Positions 36,266 through 52,700 of a stretch of DNA of 64,000 nt are shown here, piece after piece. Made by a program: the position numbers and the translations under genes. Numbering within the stretch: position 1 is the first letter of the stretch; the number at the start of each line of letters is the position of its first letter. Where the stretch lies: the NCBI RefSeq assembly GCF_009914755.1, contig NC_060931.1; one strand, 5' to 3'. Under the pieces are notes generated by a model. The model saw only the letters and a program-made list of their open reading frames with translations. It had not been told where the DNA came from and searched no databases. Source of the DNA: the human T2T-CHM13v2.0 reference genome, Homo sapiens.

Positions 36266-39200
36266 AAACTTGACTCTTATATGTGGATGCATTTCACAAT
36301 ATTTAGCACATCTGTGAGTCTGTGACTCCAGTAAGGGTACACAGTCTGCAGGAAGACTTCAGGCTCTCATAAACAAATCGAGTGCACCATTGAGATTGTG
36401 AGTCTCTTAATTAGACCCAACATACAGGAGGTGTTGACTCAAATTTAGAACTGGGACATGTGTGAGATTGTTAATCTAATCTCTAAGCCATCCTGCAGGT
36501 GTGATTTTGGCATATGTCTCTGCTCAGTACTTGAGTGATTTGACTCTCCTGTCTGGGCCCAGTCTATAGGCACAATTGCGACATATCACTGAACCAGCAC
36601 ATGTGACTCCATACTCCTGCCTTGGTGCTGCCCACAGGGGAGATGGTGGAATATCACTGGGCCTTGCATCCAAGTGATGTAAGTCACCATTTCTTTATTG
36701 GCACTGCCTACGGGGGACACTGGCGTATCTCTGGGCTCAAAACCCAGCTTATGTGATTCTCCTATTTTTTCCCTGCCCACATGGGCCATTGTGACATACT
36801 GCTTAGTGTAACACCCATGTAATATAACTCTTCAGCCTCAGCCTTGCCTACATGGGCGTTGTGATGTATCTCTGCACTCATCACCCAGGTAATGTGACTC
36901 CTGTCTGGTTTCTGTTCAGATGGGATATTTTTGCCTATTGCTGGGTATAGCACCTAGCTGATGGGACTCTTCCCATCTTTCTAAGGCCCACCCGCATGGA
37001 AGATGGTGACATTTCACTTTGCCCTACACTAAGGTGACATTAATCTGTTGCCTTTGCCCTACTTTCAGAAGACATTGTGACATATTGCTGGGCCCAGCAC
37101 CCAGGTGATGTGAGTCTCCTGCCTGAGCCCTGCTCACAGAGGGCATTGTGACATACTTCTGACTTCATCAACTATTTGATGTGACTCTCCTATCTTACCT
37201 GGGCTTTGCCCATAAGAAAAAATGTGACATATCTCTGGGACCAAAACCTAGGTGATGTGACTCTCTTCTGACAGGGTCATGCCCACAGAAGAAAGATGGC
37301 TTATTGCCAAACCCAGCACACAGGTGAGGTAATCCTGTCTGGTCCCTGCCCACAGGGGTTATTTTGACATATCTCTAAGCCCATCAGCTAGATTACGTGA
37401 CTGTCTTCTTCCTGTAAACTGTACAGAGAGAATATTGTGACATATCACTTGGTCCAGAACCTATGTGATGTGACTGTCATGACTGGGCCCTGTCATTTGG
37501 GGTGATTGTGAAACAGGTGGCATGAGCAGGACCTAGGTTATGTAACACTTTTCTTCTCTCTTAGCCCTACACACAGATGACAATGTAGCATATCTCTGGG
37601 TCTTTCACATAAATAATTTTACTTTTTTGCCTGGGCCATGTCCGGTAACATATTGCTGGACCTAGAAACTAGGTGATGTGACTCTCCTCTACTGCTTAGG
37701 CTCTGGCAAAAAAAAAAAAAAAAAAATTGTGGTGTATCGCTGGGCCAGTACCTAGGTAATGTGACATTTTTCTATTGCCTGGGCCCTGTGTATTCTGGGT
37801 ATTCTGACATATCGCTGGGCCCAACATGTAGGGAATGGGAGTACCACCTGGGCCCTGCTCACATGGGGCCTTGTGACATATCTCTTTATCCATCACCTAG
37901 GAAATGTGTCTCTCCTCTTCTGCCTGCACCTTGCCAACAGAGAAAATTGTGACATATTACTGAGCCTAGCAACCAGGTGATGTGTCTCTCCTGCCTGGGC
38001 CTGGCTGACAGAAAGCAGTGTGATATATTCCCGGGCCCAGCAAACAGGTAATGTGACTCTCCTGCCTAGTCCCTGGCCTCCAGGAAGATTTTGACATATT
38101 CCTGGCTCCAAAAAACAGGTGATGTGACTCTACTTATCATTCCCTATCCACGGGTGTAATTGTCACATTTATCTTGGCCTAGCTCACAGATGGCATAAGT
38201 CTCATACCTTGAACCAGCCAATAGCAGAGATCCTGTGTCTCTTAGCAAGGCTTAGGCAAATAGGTGAGTTCATGGGCCTCCGCTTTATAAAGATTGTAAA
38301 TGCCATTCTCTTGCATATTGTGTAAAGGTCTTGAATGGTACAGAAAGTGTCATTACAGAGCCTAGCACACAGGTAAGGTTGTGTTTCTCATATGCTCACC
38401 CTAAAAACCCTTAGTATTGTCAACCTCCCACATGGATGGAACTCACTAATGAGGTTCTTAATCTCACAAACACAGTCCATAGTTGAAATTGTGACTGTCA
38501 TATGTGAACATTCAGCCAGAGTTGAAATGGTGAAACATTTCTAAACCCAGCTCCTAGGCAGGTAAGGCATCTTCTTTCTGGACTCAGCCAATTGGAGACA
38601 TGTTGACTCTCATACCTGGGCTTAGGGCCACAAGTACAATCATGGGTCCATACCAGCATGAAGGTCTCAGACAAGATTGCACTCCCATGCATACAGTACA
38701 AAGCCCTCAAGTAGGACAGAGAATGTTCTAATAGACCTCAGGACACAGGTGAGATTGTGACACTCATAAGCACACCCAGCCAACAGTAATGATTGTCACC
38801 CTCCCACATGAACACAACACATTGTTGAGATTCTGAACCCCACAATAAAAAAAAAGTGCCAAAAGTTGAACAATTGTCTCATCGTTTATTTCAGTCCACA
38901 GGTGGGTTATTGACACTCAGACCAAGATTCAGTACACCTGAAAGACTGTGACTCCACTAAGAAAACAGTCTGTGAGAGGAATTGAGGCTCTCGTCCATGG
39001 ATCTAGTCCACTGTTGAGATTGTGAATCATGTACTTAGGCCCAACATAAAAGAGGTGTTGATTCTCATACCTGGAACCTGGACATGTGCAGGATTGTTAA
39101 TCTCATTTATGAACATTCCTGCAGCTGTGATTGTGACATATGCCTCTGCCCAGCACCTGAGTGATTGAATTCTTCTGCCTGGGCTCAGCCCACAGATTGG

Positions 39201-42200
39201 ATTGTGAAACATTGCTGAACCCAGGACCTAACTAATGTAAATCTATTCTCCTGCCTTGGCACTGCCCACTGGGAACCCTGTGACATATTGCTGCACCCAA
39301 CACCCAGGTTATGTGGCTCTCCTGCCAGTGCCTTGCCCACACGGGCTGTTGTGACATATTGCTGGGTCCACACCCAGGTGATATAATTCTCTTGCCTAGG
39401 CCCTGCTTACAGAGAGCATTGTGACATATCTTTCTGCTCATCACACAGTTAATAAGACAGTTTCTGCCTGGTTTCTCCTTACAGGGTGTATCAAAACAGA
39501 TTGCTAGGCCCAGCACCTAGCTGATGTGACTCTTTCTAGGTTTTGCCCACAAGGAACATTGTGACATATCACTGGGCCCAACAGCAAGGTGATGTTGCCC
39601 TTTTGCTTTGGCCTTGCTCTCAGAAAGCATTGTGACATATTGCTGAACCCAGCACCAAGGTGATGTGAGTTGGTATGCCTGGACCCTGCTAACAAGAGGC
39701 ATTGTGACATACTTCTGGGACCATCATCTATTTGATGTGACTCTCCTTTTACCTGGGCTTCTGTTGTAAAAGAGATTGTGACATAACTCTGGGCCTAACA
39801 GCTAGGTAATGTGACTTTTCTTTTGCTTGGACCATGCCCAAGGAAAGAGAGTGATGTATTACTAAGCTCATCACATACGTGGTGTAATTTCTTCTGCTCG
39901 GTCTTTGCCCACAGGAATCATTTTGCTGTATTTCTGATTCATCACCTAGTTGATGTGACCTTTCTTTTTTTCAGACTTGTCTGCAGCGCAGATTGCTACA
40001 TATTGCTTGGCCCAGCTCCTATGTGATGTGACTCTCCTGTCATACCTGAGTGCTCCCCACTGCGGTAATTGTGACATATAGCTGGGCTCTGGCCCTAGTT
40101 TATGTAACTTTTCTTCCTGACTGCTACTCACCTGGGGGCATTGTGACATATCTCTGAACCTCTCACCTAAGTGATGTGAATCTCCTGCTTGAGCCCACTT
40201 CTCAGGGAGTATTATTATATATTGTCACACACAGCAACTAGGTGATATGACTCTCTCTACAGCTTGGACTCTGCCCAATAAAAAACTGTGATGTATCACT
40301 GGACCCAGCACCAAGGCTATGTGACTCTCCTGCCGGGGCTCTACATTCATTGTTTTTGTGACATACGGCTGGGAATAATGTCTAGGTCGTGTGACTGTCC
40401 TGCATGGACCCTGCCCACAGGGGTATTATGACACATTTTTTTAGTCATCTAGGTGATGTGACTCACTTCTGCCTGGGCCCTGCCAGAAAGAATGATAGTG
40501 ACTTATCACTGAACCCAGCACTTAAGTGATGTGACTCTCCTCTTTTGCCTGGACCTTGCATGTTTTTGGTATTGTGACATATTGCTGGGCCCAACACCTA
40601 GGAAATGAGACATTTTTGCTTCAGCCCTGACTACAGGCAGCTTTCTGACATTACTCTGTATCCATCACATAGGGCATACGTCTCTCATCTCTTCTGCCTG
40701 CACCTGCCCACAGGGAAGATGGTGACATAACACAACAACTAGGTGATGTGTCTCCAGCCTGGGCCTAGCCCACCAGAAGTATTGTGACAGCTGGTTTCTG
40801 AGCCCAGTGATATGTTACAATGCTCCCTGTGGAGCCCCCTGTGACACCTGGTCTCAGAAACTAGGTGATGTGACTACTGCCCAAGCCCTGCTTTTAGAAA
40901 GGAATTGTGACTTATCACTGGCCAAATGTGACATGAGCCTCCTGCCTGGTCCTTGCTTTCAGAGAAGACCATGACATATCTCTGTTCCAGCACCCAGGTG
41001 ATGTGATAATACTGCCTGGGCTCTCCCCTCAGGAAGTATCAAGACATATTTCTGGACCCAGCCCATAGGTGGTATGACTGTCCTCCACTACTTAGACTCT
41101 GCCCAAGAAGCGACTATGATGTATCAATATTCCCAGCACTTAGATGATGTAACTCTCTTATGCTTGGGCCCTGTTCACATAGTATATGAAACATATGTCT
41201 GGGTCCATCACCTAGTTGATGTGACTCTTCTGCATGGGCTCTGTCCATGGAGATATGAAATATTTTTTCATTCATCCCCTGCCATTTCTCTTTTGTGCCT
41301 CTTTTGCCTGGGCCTTGCCAAAAAGAGGATTATAATGTATCACTGGACCCAGAACCTAGGTGAGGTGACTCCTATTTTGCCTGGGGCTCACATATTTGGG
41401 TATTGTGATATAGGGGATGGATGGGAGGCACATGAGTGGGCTTTGCTCACAGAAGGCCTTGTGACATCTCAGCATTCATTACCTAGGAAATGTGACTATT
41501 GTCTTCCATTTGCACCCTGCTTACAGGGAAGATTGTGACATATTGCTGGACCTAGCAACCAGGTGATGTGTCTCTCTTGCCTGAACCCTGCCCACAGGGA
41601 GCATTGTAACATATCTCTGGGCTCAGCAGCCAAGGGATGTTACTATCCTTCCCGGTCCCTGCCCTCAAGTAATATTGTACAAATCTTTGGCCCAGCACCC
41701 GGGTGATGTGACTCCCCTGCTTATTACCTACCTGCACGTGGATTTGTTACACATAATGTTGTTCCAGCTCATAGGTGTGATGATGACTCTCATATATTGA
41801 ACCAGCCAATAGTTGATACAGTCTCTCATAGCTAGGCTTAGAAAAATGGATAAGATTCTGGGTCTTCTGTTTTTATAAAGGTCAGAAAGGAGTATCACAC
41901 TCTCACATATGGTATAAAGTCTTCAGGTTGTACACAGTGTGTCATTGCAGAGCCCAGTGCACAGGTGAGATTTACTTGTGTGTATGCACACCCTACTATC
42001 CATTAAAATTGTAATTCTCACAGACGGACAGACCCTACTTGTAATCTCACATATGGATGCAGTCCACATTTGGAATTGTCATATGTGAACATCCAGCCAG
42101 ATATGGGATAGTAAAACATTTTTAAATGCAGCTCATAGAAAGGTGAGGGCTCTCCTATCTAGACACAGAAAATTAGGGAGATGTTGACTCTTATACCTGG

Positions 42201-44154
42201 GGTTAAGAACACAGATATGATTATAGGTTCATACCAGCACAAATGTCTTAGAATAGATTGTGACTCTCATGCAAAACATAAAGCCCTAGCATAGTACAGA
42301 GAGTGTCCTAACAGGGCCAAGCACACAGGTGAGATTACGACACTTGTATGCACACACTTTCAACAGTAAAGATTGTCCTGCACCCACATAAACAACCCGC
42401 TGTTGAGGTTCTGAACCTCACACACAAAGCCAGCTGAAATTTGGAAAATTGAATCATGTGGATCTGGCCCACAGCTGGGTTGGTGACTCTCAGATAAAGA
42501 TTCAGCACTCTTGTGAGCCTCTGACTCCACTAGGGGAAAATAGTTCACAGGAGGGATTGAGGCTTTCAGACACAGATCTAGCCACCTTTAAGACTATGAC
42601 TCACGAAATTAGACCCAAGATAGAGAAGGTATTGACTCTCATACCTAGAACCAGGACGTGTGTGGGATGTTTAATATAATCCCTAGACCTTGCAGGTGTG
42701 ATTGTGACATACACCTTTTCCCAGCACCTAAGTGATTTGACCCTTCTGCCTGGGCCCTACAGATGGGATTGTGGCAAATGACTAAACCTAGCACCTGGAT
42801 GATGTGAGCCTATAATTTTGTCTAAGCACTTTTCACAGAGAGAATTGTGAAATATTGCTGGCCCTAACACCCAGGTGAAGTGACTTTCCTCTATTGCTTG
42901 ATCTCTCTGCCCAAGGACAGATTGTGATATATGACTGGGCCCAGCACCTAGGTAATGTGACTTCCTTCTCCTGCCTGGGCCCTGCATACATTGAGTATTG
43001 TGACATATGGCTGGGTCTAACACTTTCATGATGCAAATCTGCATGGGCCCGGCCTACAGAGGTATTAGAACATATCTGTTTATTCATCACCCAGGTGACG
43101 GAGAAGAGGTGGTGATTGATTTCACTCTCCTCTTCTGCCGGGGCCCTGCCAAAATCAGGGATTGTGACATATCTCTGATTTTGCATCTAGCATCTAGGTG
43201 ATGAAACCTGGTAGCATCTAGCATGTAGGTGGACCTAGCATCTAGGTGATGAAACTCTTCTGTTTTCCCTGGGCCCCACATATTTTGGAGATTATTACAC
43301 ATATCTGGGACCCATACCTATGGGATGGGGTGCTTCTGCCTGGGCCCTGCCCACAAGGGACCTTGTAAAATATCTTTTTATTTATCACCTAGGAAATGTG
43401 ACTCTCTCTTACCTGTATTCTGCCCATAGAAAATGTTGTGACATATTGCTGGGCCATGACACCAGGTGATTTGTCTTTCCTGCTAAGGCCATGCCCAGAA
43501 GGAGCATTTTGACATCACTGGACTTAGCATACAGGCAATATTAATACAGGAGTTAAATCAAAATTATTTTAGGGAGTTAGTAAGAGTAAGGGTTCTCAAT
43601 GGAATTTTTCTTTAATAAAACAGGGCCCCAGAGCTATTTGTTTTCCTAAAAGAAAGCAGCCTAAAACGTGAAGCTGTAAGCATAGATCAGCAAGCTGGAA
43701 GCTTGCATATGCAAATGCCAGGAGCTATACTAAAAGCCAGGTACACCACACATGACAATTTTCCCTCCTTTTTCTGTCATCACGTGTGCAGGTGTCATGG
43801 CATCGGCCAGGTAGAGATTACATTTACATAATAAAAGATTAGGGTAGAAGGGACATTTTCTTTGTGGGCTATGTAAATGGCACACCTGGTCAAACCAATC
43901 TCCTGGGCCCTGTGTAAATCAATCACTGCCTCCTCAATCCAATCCTCTATAAAATTGAATCTATTCTGCCCCAAACTCAGAAACCCCCTTGGGTGACCCA
44001 CTTTTTCTGAAAGAGGAAGCTCTGTCTCTCCCTTTCTTCTATTAAACTTTCTGCTTCTTAAACTCACTCCGTGTGTGCGTGTCCATGTCATTAATCTTCT
44101 CTGTATGAGACAAGAAACCTCAGGTATGTCCCCACAGAACAAAGCCACTTCATT

Positions 44155-44172
44155 TGGGGGCTCCTTCAGAAT
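44155..44172 (+). promoter_or_regulatory. Primer-binding site, tRNA-Pro type (decayed)
   Basis: tgggggctccttcagaat versus the canonical TGGGGGCTCGTCCGGGAT, just after the 5'LTR. Confidence 0.75.
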
Positions 44173-45489
44173 CAGAAATGGAATGATAGGTATAAACATC
44201 AAAGCAATAAGTATGGAAGTGAACCTCAGAATCTGTCCTTTAATTTTGAGGCTATGGGCCTTTATTATAAAATCAAATCAAATTAATAATGGGCATCCAA
44301 ACAGCCATTTAAAAATGTGATTAGCATGGCTACTGTTCTTGAAGACTCAAATGTGAGGGTTACTGGGGAGAGGATGAATCCCCTGCAATACACACATTGG
44401 CCATGCTTTAAACCAGTTTTCTTTCATGGAGGACCTAGCCATTACATGGGGCTGGGAGAGGTTTTGGAGCAACTGAAAATTTCGGGCCAGGGCATACCCT
44501 GGTGTTATCCAAAGGCTTCTGGACTAAAGCCAACTTCTGACCACTCATCCAGGTGTTAGCAAAGAGAATCTCCATCTATCCTGTTGCAAAATTTCTCCTT
44601 TTCTATCTGCAGTCACCATGTCTTTTCTCTGTGTATGAAATGTGCAGGAATTTTTACAATTCGGGGGAACAGTTCTGTTAGGAAAGATCGGCAAATGCCA
44701 TACTAACCCAATACACGTCCTCCGTGAGTACATGGTATTTCTAAGCCAACAGCACCACCTAGTGGAAATAGAAATTATCTCCATGAGGCACATTGTCAGT
44801 CTTTTGCAATACACTGTAGCTTCCCAATTCTCCCTTTTTGCACCGCTAAAAATCAGGCTCTATGCCCTTCTGTGAATGGGAAAATGCTGCCTTTAACAAT
44901 TAAGAGTAAAATGTCTTCCATAGCTAAATTTTAGTTTGAATACTGTCCTATCAGCAGGAAAAATGCCATTAGGTCCCTTGTGTTCTTTAAGGCACCTATT
45001 CTGTCTCTAATTAAAATAGTACTTAATTAGTAAGGGAACTTTACATCCAAAAGTTAACCAGAATCATTTTCTAAGGGTAAATGATTTAGCATGGGGCATA
45101 AGAGTAGAATACAGAGTTCCATCTAGCACAATCCCTCCATTAAATGAGCCTTGCCCAAAGGCAACTATTACATATTCTTTCCCAAAATCCATTTTTTGGG
45201 GTGGCACACAGATCACACAAGTCTAGAAAGTCAAAGGGAAATCACAAGTGGACAAATAAGGCTATATGGGTAATTGTGGCTAAAATCCATCACCTAGTTC
45301 ATCTGGTTTCATGGCTTGGAGAGGTCACACCCACAACCATGAGTGACACATTTAACATGGTGACAGGACCCAGGAACCAAGGAGAGAAAAGAGTAGAGGT
45401 GACACTCCCACTGTTTTCCCCTTCACCCTTGGTCATACCAAAAAAAAGGGAGACTAAAAGGACCCTTTTAGTCTCACTTTTTCTAGATG

Positions 45490-46980
45490 GGCAACAGACC
45501 AACTTCAGCTTGCAACCCTCTGGAGTGCATTCTGTAACACTGGAACTTCTTTAACCTCCGGACTTTGAAGAAGAAAGCAACCATTTTCTTTTGCACAAGG
45601 GCATGACATTTATACTACACCTTTGCAGGTAGTGTAAGATCAACCCAGCTTTTTAAAAAGTCATATCAGGCAGGCTTATAGAAAATGATTCACCAGAATT
45701 AGAAAAGCAAGTTCCAGGGAAGCCATTTGAGAATCCCCCTTATTTAGAGCCATCTCAAGTTCTCTTATTACAAGACCTTAGCCAAATAAAGGAAGACTTA
45801 GGCTGATTTTCTGACAACCCCCAATAGGTATATAGAAGCTTTCCAAAATTTGACTCAGGTGTTTCACCTCACATAGAAGGATGTTGTGCTGCTCCTAAAC
45901 CAAACCCTAACTGCAGCTGAAAAGCAGGCAGCTCTACAGGCAGCAGAGAATTGCAGAAATGAACAATATGTCGCCTATAATGCACCAAAATTTAAAAAGG
46001 AGAAAGTGAAGAAATAACAGAAACACCATTCCCAATAGGAAGGGAAGCAGTTCCTCTTTACAACCCTGGTTGGAACTCCAATAGCTCTGCAGATAAATGG
46101 AAAAAAAAAAAAACACTTTAATATGCATATTAGAGGGTTTATGAATAGGGACAAATCTCTTACTCTAAACTGTCCATGAGGACAAATCTCTTACTCTAAA
46201 CTGTCCATGATAGACCAAATGCCAGAAAAGAGTCTTGCAGCCTTTATGAAAAGGCAGAGAGAGGCACTAATAGAGCATATCTCCTTTTCTTCTGATCCAA
46301 TCAACAAATAGTGCATTCTAAAGGACAGGTTTATTACGCACGAAGCTCTCGATATTTTTTTTTTTTTTTTTTTTTTTTGAGACGGAGTCTCGCTCTGTGG
46401 CTCAGGCTGGAGTGCAGTGGTGCGATCTCAGCTCACTGCAAGCTCTGCCTCGGGATTCACGCCATTCTCCTGCCTCAGCCTCCCGAGTAGCTGGGACTAC
46501 AGGCGCCCGCCACTGCACCCAGCTAATTTTTTGTATTTTTAGTAGAGACAGGGTTTCACCATGGTCTCCATCTCCTGACCTCGTGATCCGCCCGCCTCGG
46601 CCTCCCAAAGTGCTGGGATTACAGGCGTGAGCCACCGTGCCAGGCCAAGCTCTTGATATTAAAAAAGAAACTACAAAAGCAGGCTATAGAATCAGATAGC
46701 ACCTTAGAGAACCTCCTGAAGGTAGCCACTTCAGCCTTTTATAATAGGGACCAGGAGAAAACCCAAGAGAAAGCGAGGAAACTCAGGAGAAGGACAAAGG
46801 CTCTAGTAGTTGCTTTGCAAGCCTGCAATGTCCAGGATTTCCAAGGTTCATCTGCTCATTGCTATCAGTCTGGCAAGTCAGGGTACTTTAAGAAGCAGTG
46901 CCCAAGCATCAAGAAGAAGCCACCTCAACCCTCTGCAGGCTGTGGCAGAGACACTAGAGAGCAAACTGCCCCCAGAGATG
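45490..46980 (+). pseudogene. ERV gag remnant, interrupted by an AluY
   Basis: PLECIL*HW and DLG*FSDNP-like motifs; LLKVATSAFYNRDQE and a decayed zinc knuckle CYQSGKSGYFKKQC in ORF 46653-47111. Confidence 0.75.
46353..46646 (-). mobile_element. AluY inside gag
   Basis: TSD aagctct(c/t)gatatt. Confidence 0.93.
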
Positions 46981-48287
46981 AGGTCACTAGATTCAGAACC
47001 AGTCTCACAGATCGTTTGGCAGGAATAATGGGTCCTAGGGACCCAACCCCCAGCTCCAGCAGCTCAAACTGCCATTATAGCCTAGGATCCCAAGGTGATT
47101 CTGGAAATTAAAAGAAGGAAGATAATCATCCTTCTAAACAATAGAGCCAGTCTCCCTCTTTTCTGTTCTCTAATTCAGGTCTCCCCTCTTCCTGTAGCCA
47201 CTGCCATGGTGGCTCTACTACTTAGAAAAGTCTCCAAATTAACCCTGGAAATTATAATCATAATTCTCTTTAATTATACTAGAGAATTTAACTTACACCC
47301 CACACAGCATGACACAATTACTGTCCTCTAGGGGGACCTCTTAGGTAACAAATAGCCAGTAAAGCAAAAAATACATAAGGCAAGATACTCAGTAGTCACT
47401 CTAAACAACGTTATTAAAAGTGTGTCTCTCTCCCCAGCACAAACGCTCAATTAGCTGAACTGATAGCTCTTACAAGAGGACTTGAATTAAACAAAGGAAA
47501 GGTAGCTAACATTTACACAGACTAAAAGTATGCTTTCTTGGTTCTTCATGCTCATGCTGCCATTTGGAAGAAAATACATTTTCTTACCGCTAATGGATCT
47601 CTTTTAAAGTATCACCAGAAAATTATTCTCCGTTTTTCTTCCATGAAAAATAGCAATGATGCATTGTAAGGGACATCAAAAGGGAACAGATGAAGTAGCC
47701 GAAGGAAATACGTTAGCTAATCAGGCAATTAAGTCAGCAGCAAGGAAGCCTTGAGGCATCAACACACTTCAAGCCCCTCTAATCTGGGAAGGCTCCATAA
47801 GAGAAATTAAGCCTCAGTACTCCCCTGCAGAAATAGAATGAGCCACTTTTCGAGGGTATATTTTTAGACCTCAGGATGGCTACAATCAGAGGATGGCAAA
47901 CTCCATTCGCCAGCCTTCAGCCAAAGGAAAATCCTTAGAATCTTTCACCAAGTTTTTCACTTAAGAAAGGATAAAACTTATCACTATGCCCAGAGATTGT
48001 TTTCAGAAGAGAACTTACTAAAAACAGTCAAATAGGTTGTTAATTCCTGTGAAGTCTGTCTTAAAAATAATCCACTGAACAGGTGGCTCCTTCCTCCTAA
48101 AACCCAAAAAATAAGAAGCTATCCAGGGGGAGGACTGGCTGATAGACTTCACCCGCATGCCAAAGACAAAGGGTATCCAATACCTTCTGTTTTGGGTATA
48201 TACTTTTACTAACTGGGTGGAAGCATTTCCATGCCATACAGAAAAGACCTCTGAGGTAATAAAAGTGTTAATTAATAAAATAACTCC

Positions 48288-48618
<331 letters not shown>

Positions 48619-48833
48619 TCAAAGTGACAATGGCCCCTCATTTAAGGCAGCTGTCACATGGGAGTCTCAAATGTGCTAGGCACAGAATATGGTCTCCATT
48701 GTGCTTAAAAATCCCAATTCTCAGTAAAGGTATAGAACAAATGATATTATCAAGAGACACCTTAAAAAACTTGTCACTCTTCTTCCCATGGCCTTACTAT
48801 GGGTAAGAAATATGCCTTCCAAGTTAGGTGTAA

Positions 48834-49152
<319 letters not shown>

Positions 49153-49390
49153 CTATAAATGGCCTTTTCTTACCAACGATTTTTCTATTAAAGCAGAAAA
49201 CCTAATTTGGTTAAGTATGTAACCTCTCTAGCTCACTTCCAACAAAAATTAACACAACTAGCAGTAGCCCAACCCTAAGAAATAAGACCACCTTCATTTA
49301 ACCCAGGAGATTTGCTATCAGTAAATCTCATGCCTCTCTCTCTCTTTCCCTAAGCCCAAGCTGGGAAGGGCCCTACACTGTTTTTTTTCA

Positions 49391-49780
<390 letters not shown>

Positions 49781-52700
49781 TCAAGTCAAGTCCTGAAGAG
49801 CTGAGGGAGCAACCCCTTACAAGCCCAGAGGAATGTCCTGAATATCAGTGTGAAGAAATAGAAAATCTTAAGCTGAAAATCATAAAAGATAAGTAACTTA
49901 GGGCTACTCATCTTGCTCACTACTACGTCATTGGACACTTTTTGTCATTTCTATTTTTCCTCTCCAAGTTTGCCGCCAACTATTAAAACTTCTCTTTTAA
50001 CACATATTTACAAGAAAATTTTAATTATTCATAGGATTGCATTTGTAACTTCATAGAACCCCAAAGGGAAATTCTATACCTTGGCAAATAAAATTTATAA
50101 ATAAAAATTACTACATCACTCTTGTGGGAGTTGCTAAATTCACTCTACTATTTGTAGTAGAACTATACACTATGGAACTCACAGTGTGGAATTCTAGTTG
50201 TAAAATTCTAATTGCCATAATACTTTGCCTAATTATCATCTTTATAAGAGGAATAATAATTGAATAATTGTAGAAAAAATTTAGTCAAGGTTGCTTTGCT
50301 TAATTATTATCCCTATAGCAGGGGTAATAGTTACAGACAAGAAGTAAGCATGAAAGTTATACTATCACTGAGCTTGACAGGACTTTTTATTAAAGATTGG
50401 CAATATGGTGCACTCCAAGCTATGGAAAGAAGGTTATAAAAGAGATTTTATAAGCAAGGCTTTTATGGTAAATTCTTGTCCTAAAAAGACTGGTTGTTTA
50501 AAGGAAGGATATTTAGGACAAGTCAGAAAGTTTAAGAATGTTGTAAGATAATCTGTGGAAGTCATGAAAGAACTTAATAAAGGAAAGAAATGGCCAAGAT
50601 TAACACTTAAGTTACTTTAGCCACTGAATAATGTATTTCTCTTAATCATATCACAAGTTATAAAAAATTGCCCGAACCTAAAATTATCTCCTGACGGCAA
50701 GCCAAGGGGATAAATGTATGTGTTTCTCAAAGAAAAATGTTACTTTTACAGTAACGTTTCTGGTAGTCTACAGCGACATCTAGTGGACATCTACCTGTAT
50801 TACAACTCATTGAAATAGTAACAGGTATCAAACTCTGCTGTCATAGTTATGGCCTATAGTACTCTCACTAATAATAATAATCTTAATACTCATGTTAAAA
50901 CCCTATATTCTAAAACTTCTTGTAAAATTTATCTTTTTACCTAGAAAAAAACTCCAAATGGCGCTGCAAACAGAACCACCCATAGACATGCCATTCTTCC
51001 GAGAACACTTAAATAAACCTCAGGAGGAGCCCCAGCTGTTGATCCCCCACACGACACCCCTTTTCAGCAGGAAGTAGCCAGAAATATTCGTCGTCCAACA
51101 CCCCCAACAGCAGTTAGAATACTATCTTCTGAGGGGTGAATAACATAGGAGTTTAAAAAAATATATTTTAGGCAGTTAGCAAGGGTAAAAGAGTTCTCGG
51201 TGGAATTTTCCTTCAATGAAAAGCAGCCAAAAAACCATCTCTTTTCTAAAAGAAAGCAGCCTGAAAAGTCAAACTGCAAGCATAGATAAGCAAGCTGGAA
51301 GTTTGCATATGTAAATGCCAGCAGCTATACTAAAAGCCAAGTACACTCAAAGTGGCGATTCCCTCTCCCTTTACTTTGTCACCATGCATGTGGGTGTCCA
51401 CATTTGCATAATAAGATTAGTGTGGGAGGGCCAGTTTCCTCGTGTGCTATGTAAATGCCACACCTGGTCAAACCAATTTCCTGGGACATATATAAATCAA
51501 TCACTGCCTCCTCAAGCCTCTCTATAAAATTGATCACATTCTGCCCCAAACCTGGAAACCTGCTATGGTGACCCACTTTCTCCGCAGGAGGAAGCTCTCT
51601 CTCTCCCTCTCTCTCTTCTGTCTTTTGTCTATTAAACTTTCTGCTCCTGAAACTCATTCCGTGTGTGTGTTCGAGTCATTACTCTTCTCAGTGCAGGACA
51701 ACAAACTTCGGGTATTTCCCCAGACAATGAAGCCACTTCACTATGACTCTGCTGCGTGTGGTCTGTTTTCAGGAGAGGATTGTAACATATCTGTGGCTGA
51801 GCTCCTAGGTGATATGACTCTCCTGCTTGATTTCTGCCCTAAGGGAAGACTGTGACATATCCTTGGCCAAAAACCTACATGGTATGACTTCTCACTCACA
51901 ACCCACAGGTGGGTTTGTGACATATATTTTATCCAGCTCACAGGTGTATTGATTACTCTCATACTTCAAATCAGCCAATAGAAGAGATACTGTCTTCCAT
52001 AGCTAGTCTTAGAAAAAAAAGTAAGATGATGAGTCTCCTCTTTGAATGAAGGTCATAAAAAATTACCATTCTTTTACATATCATATAAAGCCCTCAAGTG
52101 GTAGAGAGAGTGTCACAGTAAACAAGTGAGATTGTGTTTCTCATATGTGCACCCCACAAACTGTTAATATTGTCACCTCACACATATGGACAGTGCCAAC
52201 TGGGGAGGTCCTTAGTCTCACATGTTGACACAGCTCACAGTTCGGACTGTGACTGTCATATGTAAACATCCAGCTACAGTTGAAATGGCAACTCGTTTCT
52301 AATTCTGGCAGGTTTGAGCTGTTCTATGTAGACATATCAAATTGGAGAGATGTTGACTATCATATTTGAGCTTTGGGCCACAGGTAGAATCATGGGTTCA
52401 TACAAACACAAAAATCTTAGAGCAGATTGTGACTTTAATGTATATTGTATAAAGCCCTCAGGTGTTACAGAGGGTGTCCTAACAAAGCATGGCACACAGG
52501 TGAGATTATGACACTCATATACACACCCAGCCAACAATAAAATTGTCATTCTTCTACATGAACACAGGCCACTGTTGAGGTTCTGAATCTCACATCCAAA
52601 AAAAGTAGAAGTTGAAAAATTAACTCATACATTGCTTTGGTTCATAGGTGGGTAGGTGACCTTCAGACCAAGATCGAGCATATCTATGAGGCTTTGACTC

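Noticed and set aside
46653-47111. 152-aa Gag ORF as a domesticated protein
   Set aside because: It has a non-ATG start next to an Alu TSD, a broken CCHC knuckle, and stops throughout the upstream gag.
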